Positions 23,780-36,853 of a DNA stretch of 64,000 nucleotides are shown one piece after another (the first letter of the stretch is position 1; every line of letters begins with the position of its first letter). Position numbers and translations under genes: made by a program. The DNA comes from Oikopleura dioica (Eukaryota; Animalia; Chordata), in assembly GCA_907165135.1 (NCBI GenBank), contig OU015568.1:2294001-2358000 (forward strand), read 5' to 3'. The notes beneath the pieces were generated by a model. That model worked only from the letters and a program-made list of their open reading frames with translations, was not told the DNA's origin and searched no databases.

Positions 23780-26700
23780 AAAAGAAAAATATTTATTTTA
23801 AAACCGGTCTGGAGACGTCACTTCCGGCGCCACAATCGAGCTTCCTTCGGCCACGGGCTGACTCTTGCGCCCGGAAAAGATGCAGGTAATTTTTTTCGTC
23901 ACCTCATTATCGGTATTTCTTCATTTCAGAAACGCACAAGTTTCTTGCTGCTTATACTCGAAAAGACCCTCTTCCGGAAAAACGCCACTACGAACAGCCA
24001 GCTGGCTTCTTCGACAAGTAGCTTTTAATTTATGCTGATGATTATTCAATTCAATAAATTTCAATTTTCTTCTTTTTTAACACTTGATTATTGCTTGGGC
24101 ACGCATTCATGCGAAGGATGAGGAGGAGGCGCGCTGGAGTTAAAAATATGTGTTTCAGGCAAACTGGATCAGATGATAATTCGAATAATTCGAATAATAT
24201 TTTTAATTCAAATTAACTTATTACCAATTTTCATCAACCAGACCGACAAAAAATGGAAAAACAGTCAAGTTAGTAACCAAGAGAAGTTTTAACGATGAAT
24301 CCAAACTTCTTCAATTTTATTAATTCAAAAGAAAAAACAGACATTAATTGGACAGATGAAGCCCGTTTTTTATGTTCATTTTGTCGAGAAACTCGATGAA
24401 TGTACTTCTTCAACTTCCAAGAAAATTGGGAATTTTGAGCAAGAAGCTTATATGCTGAATTCTTGAATGTTTATTTGGCGCATGATTGATTTCAGACTCG
24501 CTTGCACTTGGATTCCCAAATCAACTTTCAACCCAATTTAAAAAAGCAAAAAAGAAAGCCGCGGCTTCTCTGTCTAAACACAGAGCTTTTTTAGCTTTCG
24601 ACATAAATTCTAGGGGCGAATCTGATAGATACTAAATGGGGTCCTTTTCTTTTCGGAGATGCGTGAAAAAAGATTCTTCCATTATTTCAAAAAATGAAAT
24701 TTTAGAAATTCATAAAAAATAATTCTTGTTTAATTTGGTCCCTCATTTTAATTCACATTTCAATCAGTTCAAAAAGCTGATTTATAAAGTGCTCGTTCAG
24801 AATGGAAGCTCCTCCGTCACTCGTTAAGCCGCGCCACGAAGATGGGTGGCGAGCCCGTTCAAAAAAGTGAAAACCAAAAAACCGTTCAAAATTTCTTAAA
24901 GGTAATAAACGTAGCAAAACGTAACAGACCGCTTTAAGCTTCTTTCGGCGGGCTTTAAGCGCCTAGGGATGAAGCTGGAATCGCAATTGTTAAAAATGCT
25001 TATGTGGCAGTTCGTGTAATCCTTTTCTTTAATCGGCCTCGCTCTACATGCGCTTTTCTGACGTAGAAAAGGGCTTTTGCAACTCAAATCTGGAAGGAAT
25101 TCGCAATAATAAAAACGAATACGTTCAAGCATTCCTAGCTGATAGGCGAATTAACCTCTTCCGAAGCAAATAAGAGAAATAAGCAGAAACTGACTTTTCA
25201 AAATTAAAATTTCCAAAGAATTTTTTTTCAAGAATCAACAATTTCTGCTTTTGGATTCCAATGAATTGGGAAAAGTCGAAAATATGAGGTTGAACATTTA
25301 TGCCCTCGCAAATCAATTGGATATAACATACAGATAGGTTAATTAATTAACAACTTGAAGAAAATATGTATGACTCCCTGATGCCATTTTGGGAAAGGTG
25401 GTAAATTAGCCTGGCTCTTTTATGGCGCAAAATAGCGAACTAAAGTAACGAGAACAGTAATTCTCGATGAGGGATTTATTTTATTCAGTTTTTGTCTACG
25501 CAGTTTATATTTCAACCTGATTCGGGCTCCTGATTTTCAAAGTTCGCAAAGTTCGTACCGACCAAGGAGTTCTCCACTCAGCTTGTTGGCCGTTACGACC
25601 GAGCCGTTAGTGTAATTTATGGGAAAGAATTCACTGCTAGCCCGCAATGTGGCGTTATTACACGTCCCCGAAGCTCCAGTGTGCTTTTTTAATACCACAG
25701 CCGGTCCACAGCACCTTCCAATTTTAATTAATCTGTTGAGTTGAAATTTTTAAATCGTCGAAAAATTGAGCCCTTGAAGGTCGAAAAAAGGAATAAATAA
25801 AATTCTGTAATCGTTAAGAATGATCTTTTTAAGTATTGACACGTTTTTAGGTTTACTTAAAAGATTTTAAATAGAAACTAAGTACAGGTGTTTTCGCTTA
25901 ACCCCGTGCGCAGCTAAGCTTTTTAATTATTAGACGATTGTTCTCGTTACTACTATTAAATGCTTCAAATGATAAATAATCGATGAACTATTAATCAGCT
26001 AATTCAGGAAGAACAGTGCGAAGGGCAGCTTTCAGAAGCCTTCCTGATGCTCGATCAGCTGGACAAGAATCAACGGTAAGCACAGAGGACTAAAAAGAAT
26101 CAGAAGGAAAAAGTTTGTGGTCTGAGTTTTGGTGAGTCTTATATTCTTATCCTCGAATTTGGGCTAATCCGGAGTCTGGGCCAAGCGCTCTTCCGCGAAT
26201 TCTGACAAAACTGGGGCCACACTTGCAAAAGCCGCAAAAGCCGTCTTCTACAAATTCAATATTTCTCAATTCAGAATTATGTCCCCAGTAATTGCGTTAA
26301 GATCACTGACAGATGCCAAGGAACGTTACCAGCTTACGGAAAGGAAAGCCTTGACTAACATGGTTTCACACATCTGTAAATGCCAAAATTCATAGCTGAA
26401 AAAATAATTGAAATGGAACACTTTTTTAATATTATTATATCACGCCTCTTTTTCTTGAAGGTATTCTAGAACCCGTTCTCAATTTTTGAGCCTTCTTGGT
26501 ATCCAAAATAAACTTGACGCAAAGTGGGGTAAATTAGGAGTAAAGACGTGGAAAATCTAATTTAGATAATTTGCGGAAATACAACGTAATTTATTGATGG
26601 AAAAACGGCCCATCCTAGTCGCATCCGATTATTCATAATTTCAAAATAAAAGGCGTAATTTCAAAGTCATGTTGAATGAGATAAGGGGCGGGAAGCTGTA

Positions 26701-27002
26701 GCGGAAGAAACTTGAAGGGAAAACACATCCCTTTCTAGTCATTGCGCAATGTAAAACCAGCGAAAGACCAGGCGGCTTCTACGAGAACAAACTGGAGCTA
26801 TTGACAGAAACTATCATCTACTATGAGCGATTACACCATACAAAGCAACGCGAATTCAAATCCTTCAAAAACGTGACTTCTTCAAGTTAAACGCCCTTTC
26901 ATTTAGTTTCAGGAGCTATCGACAGTCGACTCTGAAAGGCTTGAGAAACTGGTGAGCAAATATCGGGAACTGCAAGACTCATCCTCAGCTGCCAAGAACT
27001 GA
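23780..27002 (+). CDS. Uncharacterised multi-exon gene with comparatively long introns
   Basis: Frame-consistent GT-AG exons at about 26008-26075, 26275-26376, 26739-26873 and 26913-27002 (EEQCEGQLSEAFLMLDQLDKNQRRIMSPVIALRSL...KYRELQDSSSAAKN*). Probable upstream exons at about 23790-23885 and 23929-24017. Confidence 0.55.
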
Positions 27003-28989
27003 AAAACAAGAAGCCAAATTGACATCAGCTGGCAATTTAAGACGATGCTTTTAAATAAATTATTGTCTCACCTTTTTTTTATTCTAGGATACTCTCAATT
27101 TTAAATCTGTACGTTTCTTTAGAAGCTCCTCTCTAAATAACTTTAGGAAAAACTTATAGCTGGAGAGAGCACTGGTTATGAACCTGTATAAAACGATTAT
27201 CTTTGCGGCAAGGATTTTCATAACTCTAAAATCAAAGACTACTGGTTTTGAAAAAATTTCGAAAGTCGCGGTTTTCCTTCAGTCGAGCTTCTCTCTGGGT
27301 TCCAAAGATTTGAAAATTTTTCAGGCAAAAATGAGAATTGCGCTCTAATAATTCTGAAAATATTTTGTGATTGTGGGAAATTTATATTCAACGTTCAAGG
27401 AACGAGACATCCAAGTTCTGAGGCGTTTTCCTTGATAAGTTTCGCCTTGACAACATTTTGATTCGCCCGAAATCAACAAAAGAAACAAGCCGCTAGAATT
27501 TGTAAAAGAGAAGCTCCTTGCAAGTTGCTTTCTTTCCTACAAATGTAGTAACTCTCTTTCCATATTTTGGATTCCTGAAATGGGTTTAACATTAAAGCTT
27601 AACTAAGCTTTCTTTCTCTGATTTCTGCTCCATCAAACTAGTTGTGTAATCAGAGTCCGGGTCTACTGGCTTATTTGATGCTAAGCGCCACATTTCACCA
27701 TTAATCCTGTTAGACGACCTCTGACTGACATCAGCAGGAACTCGCGCCAAAAGTATCGCACCTGCGCTTCGTTAGTGAAAGAAGAAAAATCTGGAGAAAA
27801 CGTGCGCGGTTTACATAAGTTCGAAAATAAATCTTCGCCACCACAATTGTTTAAAACTGCACTTTAGGGGAGGTTTGTTAGACTGTCACGCTTTGGGACT
27901 AGAATTTTGCCTTGTAGTACTAATTTTCAAGGGGCCAAAATCGGCTTCTGACAAGTTGTTCTTATAATTAACTTGTCGCGTGAAAAATGAAAAACTTAGT
28001 AATTTTGCTTTGACGAACCAGGAATTCTTGTCAATTACTTCAAGTAATGAGCCGGGCCGAGGCCGTTCTCGACATCGCGAGGTGTCTTTAACCAGTTCAA
28101 CTCTCCTGATCTTTCTGCCAACGTGAACTCGTTAGATAACCACATTTTCAGCGACAAAAACTTTGAAAAACAAAATTTGAAAGAAAACGATAGAAAGAGA
28201 AGAATCGGATATTTTGAAATTTGGACCGGTAGAAAGCGGCTCTTAGTGAGCATAATAACACGTTGCAGATAGTGTTTTCGAAGAGGATTGAGTGTATTGA
28301 ATGTCAACGTTGAACTAAGGATCAAAACTACGAATGAAGTAATCAACAGATTTGAGATTTTCCCCTTCTTTTGCTATAATCGGTTGCCAAGACAATCAGT
28401 CACTAAAGAGTTCTTTGTCGACAAATCATCCGTGACAACTTCTTTATTCCGAGAAGAGAATTTGAAAAAGCGAATAAATTCTTATTTTATAAAATGAAAA
28501 AGCCAAAGTTTTATAATGTATGTTAAAGAACAACTCTTTAATTTTATTTCTCGAGAAATTCTAACGACAAGTAATCTTCAAAAATGGAAACTGGAAAGCG
28601 AAGAAACGATGATTATATAAAATGAAGAAAAAATAATTGCTGCTAAAGATATGTTCAATCGGTCATCTGTACTTAATTTGATAGAATAAATAAAAAAATT
28701 AGTTTATTGACATTTGGAAATAAAAACGGTATTATTATCCTGTCAGATGCGAGAAAGTCAATTTTTCCAGTGTTTGCAAATATTGCTGAAAATACCCTTA
28801 AAATTTTGTATTTTCCTGCACCTCATGAAAAACGGAGCGTCAGCGACACCGCGTTGCAGAGCAAACAGCGCCTCCGTGCAAGAATAAAAGCGCGCGATGT
28901 CGTTGAAGAAATCATCACTACTCGATACTAGATAATAGTTCGACAAAAACATCTTCGAAAGAAAACTTGAGTCACTTTTTTGAAAAACG

Positions 28990-29466
28990 ATGAAATTCTC
29001 GACTTCGCTTTTTTTCTTCGGCTTTGCCGCTGCTCAGGAAGAAGAGGGCCGCAAGGTTCCTCCTCGCCACCCGCTGCAGCGACTCAACCGGCTCACTCAG
29101 TTTTCTGAAGAGATCCTGACCCAATGGTTCTCCGGACTCGCCTCGCAAGAAAGGTGGATCGCGAAATTCGCCACCAACGCTGGTCGAATGGAGAAGAACT
29201 TCCTTCGCGGCGAGCAGCGATGTGGTTTCTACGACCCTTCCTTGCCACACGGCGGCCCAGAGCCAGAGGAAGAGGACGAGCTTCGCTACGATCGAACTGA
29301 TCCCCGAATCGGCATCAAGCAGATCACTACTGGCTACCGAAAGTGGGCCCAGCGATACATGGCCGCCTGCTCCGGCCAGAAGAACTACCAGTACCAGGTC
29401 AACAGAATGAACAGATGGAACTCAATTCTCCAGGACCATCTCAACAGAATCTACCCACAAGCCTAA
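28990..29466 (+). CDS. Intronless 158-aa secreted protein, copy B (inverted duplicate of 18372-18848)
   Basis: Differs from copy A at 3 of 158 residues in the ORF track (L/F, A/S, R/K). Confidence 0.85.
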   Translation: MKFSTSLFFFGFAAAQEEEGRKVPPRHPLQRLNRLTQFSEEILTQWFSGLASQERWIAKFATNAGRMEKNFLRGEQRCGFYDPSLPHGGPEPEEEDELRYDRTDPRIGIKQITTGYRKWAQRYMAACSGQKNYQYQVNRMNRWNSILQDHLNRIYPQA

Positions 29467-29692
29467 AATGGATCCATTTCTGTGAATTACTTGAAATATT
29501 TTTGGAGTTATTGGTAAAATATTTTAACCACTGTACAATTTAAAAACCTTATCTTTTTCTTTTATAATAAAATCATTAAAAAATCTAGCGTTTCTTTTAA
29601 AAGTTAATCAGGAAAAAATCAAAAGAAAAAAAAACATAGGAAAAAATTGATGATGATAAATTAATTAAAATATTTTTCCATCACTTCAAAGT

Positions 29693-32600
29693 TTATGGAA
29701 ACGCGAGCGGTGCCGTGAATTTGACGTTGTTTCGAAAGTCAAAGCGGTAGCCGAGTATTGCACTCAAAACTATCAAAGAGATGATCACGAGAGTAAGGCC
29801 AAAGCCCCGTCCACCAGATGGCATCTAGATCTGAAGAGGATCCTTATCCTTGTTTATATCAAAAAGAAAAGATAGGGTGAGAGAGTTGATGCTGCTTTAT
29901 TTGTCAGATTAAAATATTTCTAGTGTTTACGCATTCAGTCTAAGGTCTGACCATTATCGGCACAGCGCTTGGTCTTTCGGGGCAATCATCTGGTCGCTCA
30001 GATCTAGAATATTTTTTCATGATTTCGAATTTTTATTTCGATACTCACGAGTCTCGTTCTCTTGTGTTGAAGATCATTTTCTTCTGGAAACAATCATCTT
30101 GAAGACAGCTTTGAATATGCATTTTTGCTTAATATTATTTATTAAAGCACCCTCCATATCTGTCAGTGTACCATTTTGATACCGCTCTTTTAGTTTTGCG
30201 ATTGCGTCGGTCATTTCGTCGACTGGATCAACGACATACGTTTTGTATCTTCCCAGTTCTAGATGAGTTTCTTCCAGGACACGGTAATTTTCACGGTAGT
30301 TGATGATTTCTTCTAATAATTGATCGATCTGTTGGTTTATCTCAATGATTTCCTTCCGCGCTAGAAATATTATAAAAAGCATGCCGAAGTCAAAAGCACT
30401 TACCTGAAATTTCAGCTTCTCGCCTTTTGTGAGATTTGAGTTTTCGGAGATTTCTTCTTCTTCGACTCGTTTCGATTGTATCCTTCAACTCAAGATTAGC
30501 TCGATAATAATTTTAAAGTTCTTACCTTCATTTCTTGAACAATCTTCTTGATATCTTCTTCGACATTTTCGGCCCTTTCATTTGTGTCCAAAACAGCTTG
30601 ATTCTTCTCTGTCAGGTTTCTTACAATATCTTCCTCCTCGGCTGGAAAGGTGGTTGAAAGGCTAATAACTATTGAGTGACCTACCATTTATGAGTTGCTC
30701 CAGTTTTTGAAGTTCTTCTTTTGTTTTCTTATTTACTTCGGAAAAGTCTTCAAGCGTTGAATTCGTTTGATTTTGATTGATAGAAGTCTCGTTTCTGAAA
30801 TTTTTGATTTCTTCTCTTAGACTTTCATAAATACTAACATGTTGATAGACTGCGTATCTTTTGTCAATTGAGTGATCTCCTCAACCAGCTTCTGAAATTC
30901 TGCCGCTTTTGCTCCCAAAGCCGCAGCACGGTCGCTCAGATCTTTGGCAAGAATCGGGTTCATTTGTTGATCCTCAAGTAAGCCCGTCAAATTGAGCTTC
31001 TTGAACTGCTCATCGAGTTGTTTGATCGGGTCTATTCGTTCCTTGATGGAGTTAGAATTGCGTTGTCTTCTCATCAATTATAGAAGTAAAAAAAAACTTG
31101 TTCCAACACATTCCTTAATAATTTCATCGGCTTTTTTCTTTTCTTCATCGCTGAGTTTCCTCTTTTGCATGTAAAATAGTAGATCAATGTAAGCAACAAG
31201 ATCTCGCTCGTCAATCACTTCATTTTGCCAGTTTGTTGCGTTTTCCGTCAGTTTCGTCAAGTTTTCGATGCTGAATTTTTATTTGAAAAACTGCAGTTTA
31301 TTGAAATCAAGGAGGAAACCCATCATTTATCCCCTTGTTGCCCTACCTTTCTTTCAAAGTGTGATGGAGCTCAAGAAGCTCAGCCATGGCTTCTTCTGTC
31401 TCAGTGAAAGACTCCTCGATGATTTCCTTTACCATCAAAGCTTCTTCAAGCCAGCTTTATTCGGCTTTATTTTTTCAGCAATATCAGCTTTGCAAGAAGC
31501 TTTTTCTGTTATAAATGTCAGATTTGTTTATATATTTAAGCTCACTTATTTATAAAAAAGCGTCAGGCGACATACTTGTTCATTCAAAAATTTATAGCGA
31601 AACAACAAAATCTAAACTATAAAAAAGCAAGGAGAAAAATTTATTTGCAAATATGAATAGCTCGCTTTTCTTGACTCTTTTCGTTTCATCTGCAAGTGGA
31701 TTTTCAGATCCATGGATGAATCTTAATCTCAACCGATTCAATATGAGAGGGGAATATCTTTACAAAGCGATGAAAGACAGTAAGTAAGTCTCGAAAATAC
31801 AGAAGATAATTATATTTTAGTGCTGCAAGAAACGTCCTTAGATGAAAGAGAACCTGTTGTCTACTGACTGTTACATTTATAACGTTTGATAATAAAAAAA
31901 ACTTTTTCTCAAAAAATATATCTAGCCGTTCCTCGATGCATTTGGGTGTCCATGAGGCAATCTATTAGAGCTATTCGACACGAGCTCTGATAGCTCTTCA
32001 GCGATGATTTCTGCGTCGTTGAAAATCATCGTCCCATTTTCGTAGAAAGTTTCCTCCATTTTTTCATGCATAAAAGTCAAGTTTCCAACAAGATTTTCTT
32101 TTTCTTTTTGAACTTCTTCGTCTTCGAAGGATTTGATCATTCTTCGCATTTCGGTTCCGACATTTCTTTCGAGCTTGATTCCTTCAAGGTCATTATTTCT
32201 GGCAGCGTCTTTGACATCGTTTTCCTTGCCACGTAGAATGTTGAGGGATTCGATCATTTCTTTAAAATTTTGAGCCGCTTCCAAGAGATCATCTTCTTTG
32301 ATATCTTCGTCTAGGAGTCGTTCGTGCATTTTTCCAAGCTCGTTTGAAGTTTTGTCGTACCAAGCATAGTAAGTGTCTTCTTTTTCGCCATATTCATCAG
32401 ATGTTCCCTTCAAATTTGAGATCGAGTGGATTACTTCCAGGACGAGAAGGTTGATGTGCTTCAGGAATTCTGAGAGATCGTCGACTTTGGGGGCCTTTGC
32501 GGAATTACGAAAAACCATAACTGTATAAAAATTAATGAAAAACAGGATTTTCAGTTAAAATCTAAATTGAACATATATATCCAAAGCAAAACTACTGGTA

Positions 32601-34256
32601 GCTGTTGAACAATTTTAAGGTGGTCCAATTTATTTCACCCGCTTTCTCATTTTTAGACCCAGAACACCATACATATTTGGAATCAGTGGAGAAAATCTAG
32701 AAACTTGATCGTTTTAGTTTTTCGAAATTCACTTCCGGTTACGATTCTAGAGCCGGAAGTAGGCGAAATTTTGGAGTAAGGGTAAAGTGTGACCTATCAA
32801 ATTGATGCGCAGAAAATTCTCATTCCTCTCATCATCAATTAATTAGAAGAGACAGTCCAAACCGCGGTAAAACTGACCGGTAAAACTATGAAAAAGGCAT
32901 GCTTTAACCCTTACCGGCCAAATGCACCATGTATGGTGTATTTTTTGATTTTTCAAAATTTCAATCGTTCATATCTTTTTTTACAGAGCAACTCCTATGT
33001 TAAATCACCCCTTGTTTGAAAGGACTCTCCAGTGCTAACAACATACTCTGAAAGATAGGGTTGCACTTATCAACTAAACCTCAAAAAACGTGATTGAAAA
33101 TTGGCTTTGGCCGGTAAGGGTTAATGAGAAAATTTTCAATTTAACTTAAAAAAACACGTCTATGTTCTTATTAATTTTATTATAACGAAATGAGTCATTA
33201 ACACTTTAAATTTGTATTTTAATACAAAAAGCATTTTCGTAATCATTCCTGAAAAAAGTCGTCATATAAATCATCAATTCTATTCTTGATCTCCTCCAGC
33301 GCATTTCTTCTATATTCATCATATGTAAATGAGGCTCTTCTTAACCGATCATGTGATTCTTCTTCTTCAATTTCTCCAGATTTCTGAAGAACTTCCCCAC
33401 AACAACTTTCAGCATGAGAGCAAGTTTTCCCAAAGTAACCAGCTTTTTTGAAATTCAACAGGCTTTGCCCTTATAAAAATGGCTAAATATCAGTCCTGAG
33501 AACAAGTCGACCCCATTTACGATCCAAAAGAGCTTTATTTTAAAAGAAGAGCAAATTTAAGGATTTTGGCAAATGACGCGAAATGCAAACGGATTTGCGG
33601 TCGACGGGAACGTGGCTTGTCGCCAAATATTTGAAATTAAGACGTGAGCTTTTTTCATCAAAGAATTTTCTTACTGACCCTTTTCTTTCTACTAGAAAGT
33701 TTCTAGCGCAGGCTCATGAACATTCTGATAATAAATAATATCGCTGATAAAGTTTCTCATAACCATACTGCTAAACCTTTTACTAAACGCTCAAATCTTA
33801 TCTTTATCTCAGAATTCGGACTGAGCCAGCTGCATAAATTTTTATGGTTTGACTTATTTATTCTTTGCAAGATGTTATTCTTTTCAAAAAAAAATAGCAA
33901 GAATAAGTTTACTATTTTGATAAATTTAATCGTTTTCGGTATTCGGTTTGGCCACCTGTGAAGAAAACCTGAGTCAGGGTCTAAAAAATATTTAATTAAA
34001 AGCCGCATAGTGGCATTTAAAAGAAAAAAATCGTCAAAAATCAAAAAATCTAATGACTTCATAATCTATCAGTTTATAAAATGATCTGTTGAATTTTTCC
34101 TGAGCAGCTATTACAGTAGATTCCTTCAAATCCTTCTCTGCAAATACATCTTCCAAGCTCCGAGCATCTCTCTGTTCCTGCTTCAAAACATTTCTCGCAC
34201 AGCCCTGTGATCGCTCGTGATCCGCTTATCAGCGCTAGAATCGAAAAAACTTTCAT
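29693..34256 (-). CDS. Laminin-like protein: signal peptide, one laminin-type EGF module, long coiled coil, possible C-terminal TM helix
   Basis: MKVFSILALISGSRA; C..C.....C...GRCICREGFEGIYCNSCS|AGYFGKTC; many heptad-rich exons between 33450 and 30070; candidate last exon FGLTLVIISLIVLSAILGY (stop 29693). Three joins need GA-AG introns. Confidence 0.65.
31653..31867 (+). CDS. Small secreted peptide (57 aa) nested antisense in an intron of the laminin-like gene
   Basis: Exons 31653-31779 and 31821-31867 with a strong GTAAGT donor give MNSSLFLTLFVSSASGFSDPWMNLNLNRFNMRGEYLYKAMKDMLQETSLDEREPVVY*. Confidence 0.6.
32904..33124. mobile_element. piggyBac-like MITE (TTAA-CCC...GGG-TTAA), 213 bp
   Basis: TSD TTAA at 32904-32907 and 33121-33124; TIR CCCTTACCGGCCAAA. 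Confidence 0.85.
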
Positions 34257-34705
34257 TTTCTACGCGTGGCCGGAAAAAATGAAACAAATGTTCTCCGCCG
34301 GCGCTGGAAGAAACAGGCGAATATTTACACTTAGTAATCAAATAGCTCTTGGCACTGGCGAGAATTTCGTTTTTTTGTTCATTTTTTTGGAAATGTTTGC
34401 ACAGCTCTTGAAAACGAGGCTGTTTGCTCATACAGAAAAAAAAATTTTTATGATGATAAATAATCAATTAGGGGATGATTTAGGCCCTAAATTTTAGGGG
34501 TAGCGGCTCAAATCAATAAGAAAAATATGACTTAAATTGATTTTGTCCAACATTATTTTTTTTTCTGAAATCTGATTGGTCTACTCCCCGAACGCAGAAA
34601 TCTTATTGGTCAAAAATGTTGTCTATTTGAGCCAAATTCCTGATGATTAAGTTTATTTTTGTAATTCTGTCAAAAAGTCTAAAAAGGAAAAAATATACAT
34701 TGAAA

Positions 34706-35673
34706 TTATTTTATCTTCTCCACATTTTCTTCGTTGATTTCTTTTTTTCTCGGTTGTATTTTTGAAACAACGAGTCCCCACAATTTTGCAAGGGGAACTT
34801 CGTACGTTACATAAGTAAAAGCGGAAATTGCGGTTGTCAACGCCGTGATATGCAAGAACATCCACGTGACCCAGTATTCATCAACGTAGAAGTATTCCAT
34901 TACTGAGGCTTGGTACAACACAATCACATTGTAGTGGAAAATATAAACGCCGAAGGAAAGTTTTGCGAGTATATTCCATCCCTAAGAGATTTCTACAAGC
35001 AGAATGTTATGATAACAGATTACCTCAAACGCCAAGAAGGAATTTATGAAGCTTCCGAATCCGCAGTCGCAGAGGAAAATCAACAATCCGAGGGCGAAGG
35101 CCCAAATGGCGCGATGAGTCGCGTTCCAGAAATGAACCGACCCGGGGCTAGAAAAACATCCACTGACCACATCCCATTTTTGATGATGATCGTAGTAGAG
35201 ATCGATTTTAAGCTCGTGGTACTTGTCCATGTCGACTTGGAAACAGATGTCAGAGAAGCCATAAACAGTGAAATACAGCAAGAAGAGGGATAAAGCCCAA
35301 AGTAGAGCAACGATCGAGTATCCGATGATTTTTCTTTTGTTCACAAACGATTTGAATCCATTGCCCTTTCTTTCCGCTAGAATCAGCCACCCAAAAAGAA
35401 CGCCGACTCCATAGGCGTGATATCTCGACCAAGGGGTCAGATAAAAGTCCTCATCAAGCCCCGTTGGCCAGCTAAAAAGACAATTAGAATTTCGATGAAT
35501 GATATGTGAGTATACTCGTATGGAAGTTTCTGTTGTTGGTAAGGCATGGCATCTTGATCAACTGATCTTGACCAGGCCCAACCGATGCTAGCGCAACTGA
35601 GTAAGACAGTAAGTGTTATTCCTAGCGCCTTATGAAATCCATATAAAACGGCTTGAAACGGGAAAAGAAGATT
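34706..35673 (-). pseudogene. 5'-truncated duplicate of the acyltransferase gene (3' half only)
   Basis: Matches 37245-38210 and begins abruptly at the duplication junction. Confidence 0.75.
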
Positions 35674-36853
35674 CCAGCTCGTTTGAAGTTTTGTCGTACC
35701 AAGCATAGTAAGTGTCTTCTTTTTCGCCATATTCATCAGAAGTTCCCTTCAAATTTGAGATCGAGTGGATTACTTCCAGGACGAGAAGGTTGATGTGCTT
35801 CAGGAATTCTGAGAGATCGTCGACTTTTGGAGCCTGGAAGAAGTCATCATATAAATCATCGATTCTATTCTTGATCTCCTCCAGCGCATTTCTTCTGTAT
35901 TCATCATAGGTAAATGAGGCTCTTCTTAACCGATCATGTGATTCTTCTTCTTCTTCTATTTCTCCAGATTTCTTGAGCACTTCCCCACAACAACTTTCAG
36001 CGTGAGAGCAACTTTTCCCAAAGTAACCAGCTTTTTTTCGAAATTCAACAGACTTTGCCCTTATAAAATGCCCAAATATCAGTCCTGAGAACAAGTCGAC
36101 CCCATTTACGATCCAAAAGAGCTTTATTTTAAAAGAAGAGCAAATTTAAGGATTTTGGCAAATGACGCGAAATGCAAACGGATTTGCGGTCGACGGGAAT
36201 GTGGCTTGTCGCCAAATATTTGAAATTAAGACGTGAGCTTTTTTCATCAAAGAATTTTTTACTGACCCTGTAGTTCTAGCGGAGGCTCATGATTCATGAA
36301 GATTCTGATGATAAAATATCGCGTATAAAGTCGACATCATAGAATGGTTAACTCAGTAGAATTTGAATTTTTGCTAAACGTTCAAATCCTTTCTTTATCT
36401 GAAAAATCGCACTGAGCCAGGTGCACTCATTTTTATGGTTTGCCTACTTTTTTCTTTGCAAGATGTTATTCCTCTCAAAAAAAACTTTAAACAAGAATAA
36501 GTTTACTTTTTTCATTAATTTAATTGTTTTTATAAAATTCGGCTTGGCCACCTGTGAAGAAAACCTGAGTGAGGGTCAAAAAAATATTTAATCAAAAGCA
36601 GCATAGTGGCATTTAAAAGAAAAAAAATCGTCGAAAATCAGAAAATCTAATGACATCAAAATTTATCAGTTTAAAAAATGATCTGTTGAATTTTTCCTGA
36701 GCAACTATTACAGTAGATTCCTTCAAATCCTTCTCTGCAAATACATCTTCCCAACTCCGAGCATCTCTCTGTTCCTGCTTCAAAACATTTCTCGCACAGC
36801 CCTGTGATCGCCCGTGATCCGCTTATCAGCGCTAGAATTGAAAAAACTTTCAT
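35630..36853 (-). pseudogene. 3'-truncated duplicate of the laminin-like gene
   Basis: Signal peptide, LE module and the start of the coiled coil, then out-of-frame read-through into acyltransferase sequence and a stop at 35630. Confidence 0.75.
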
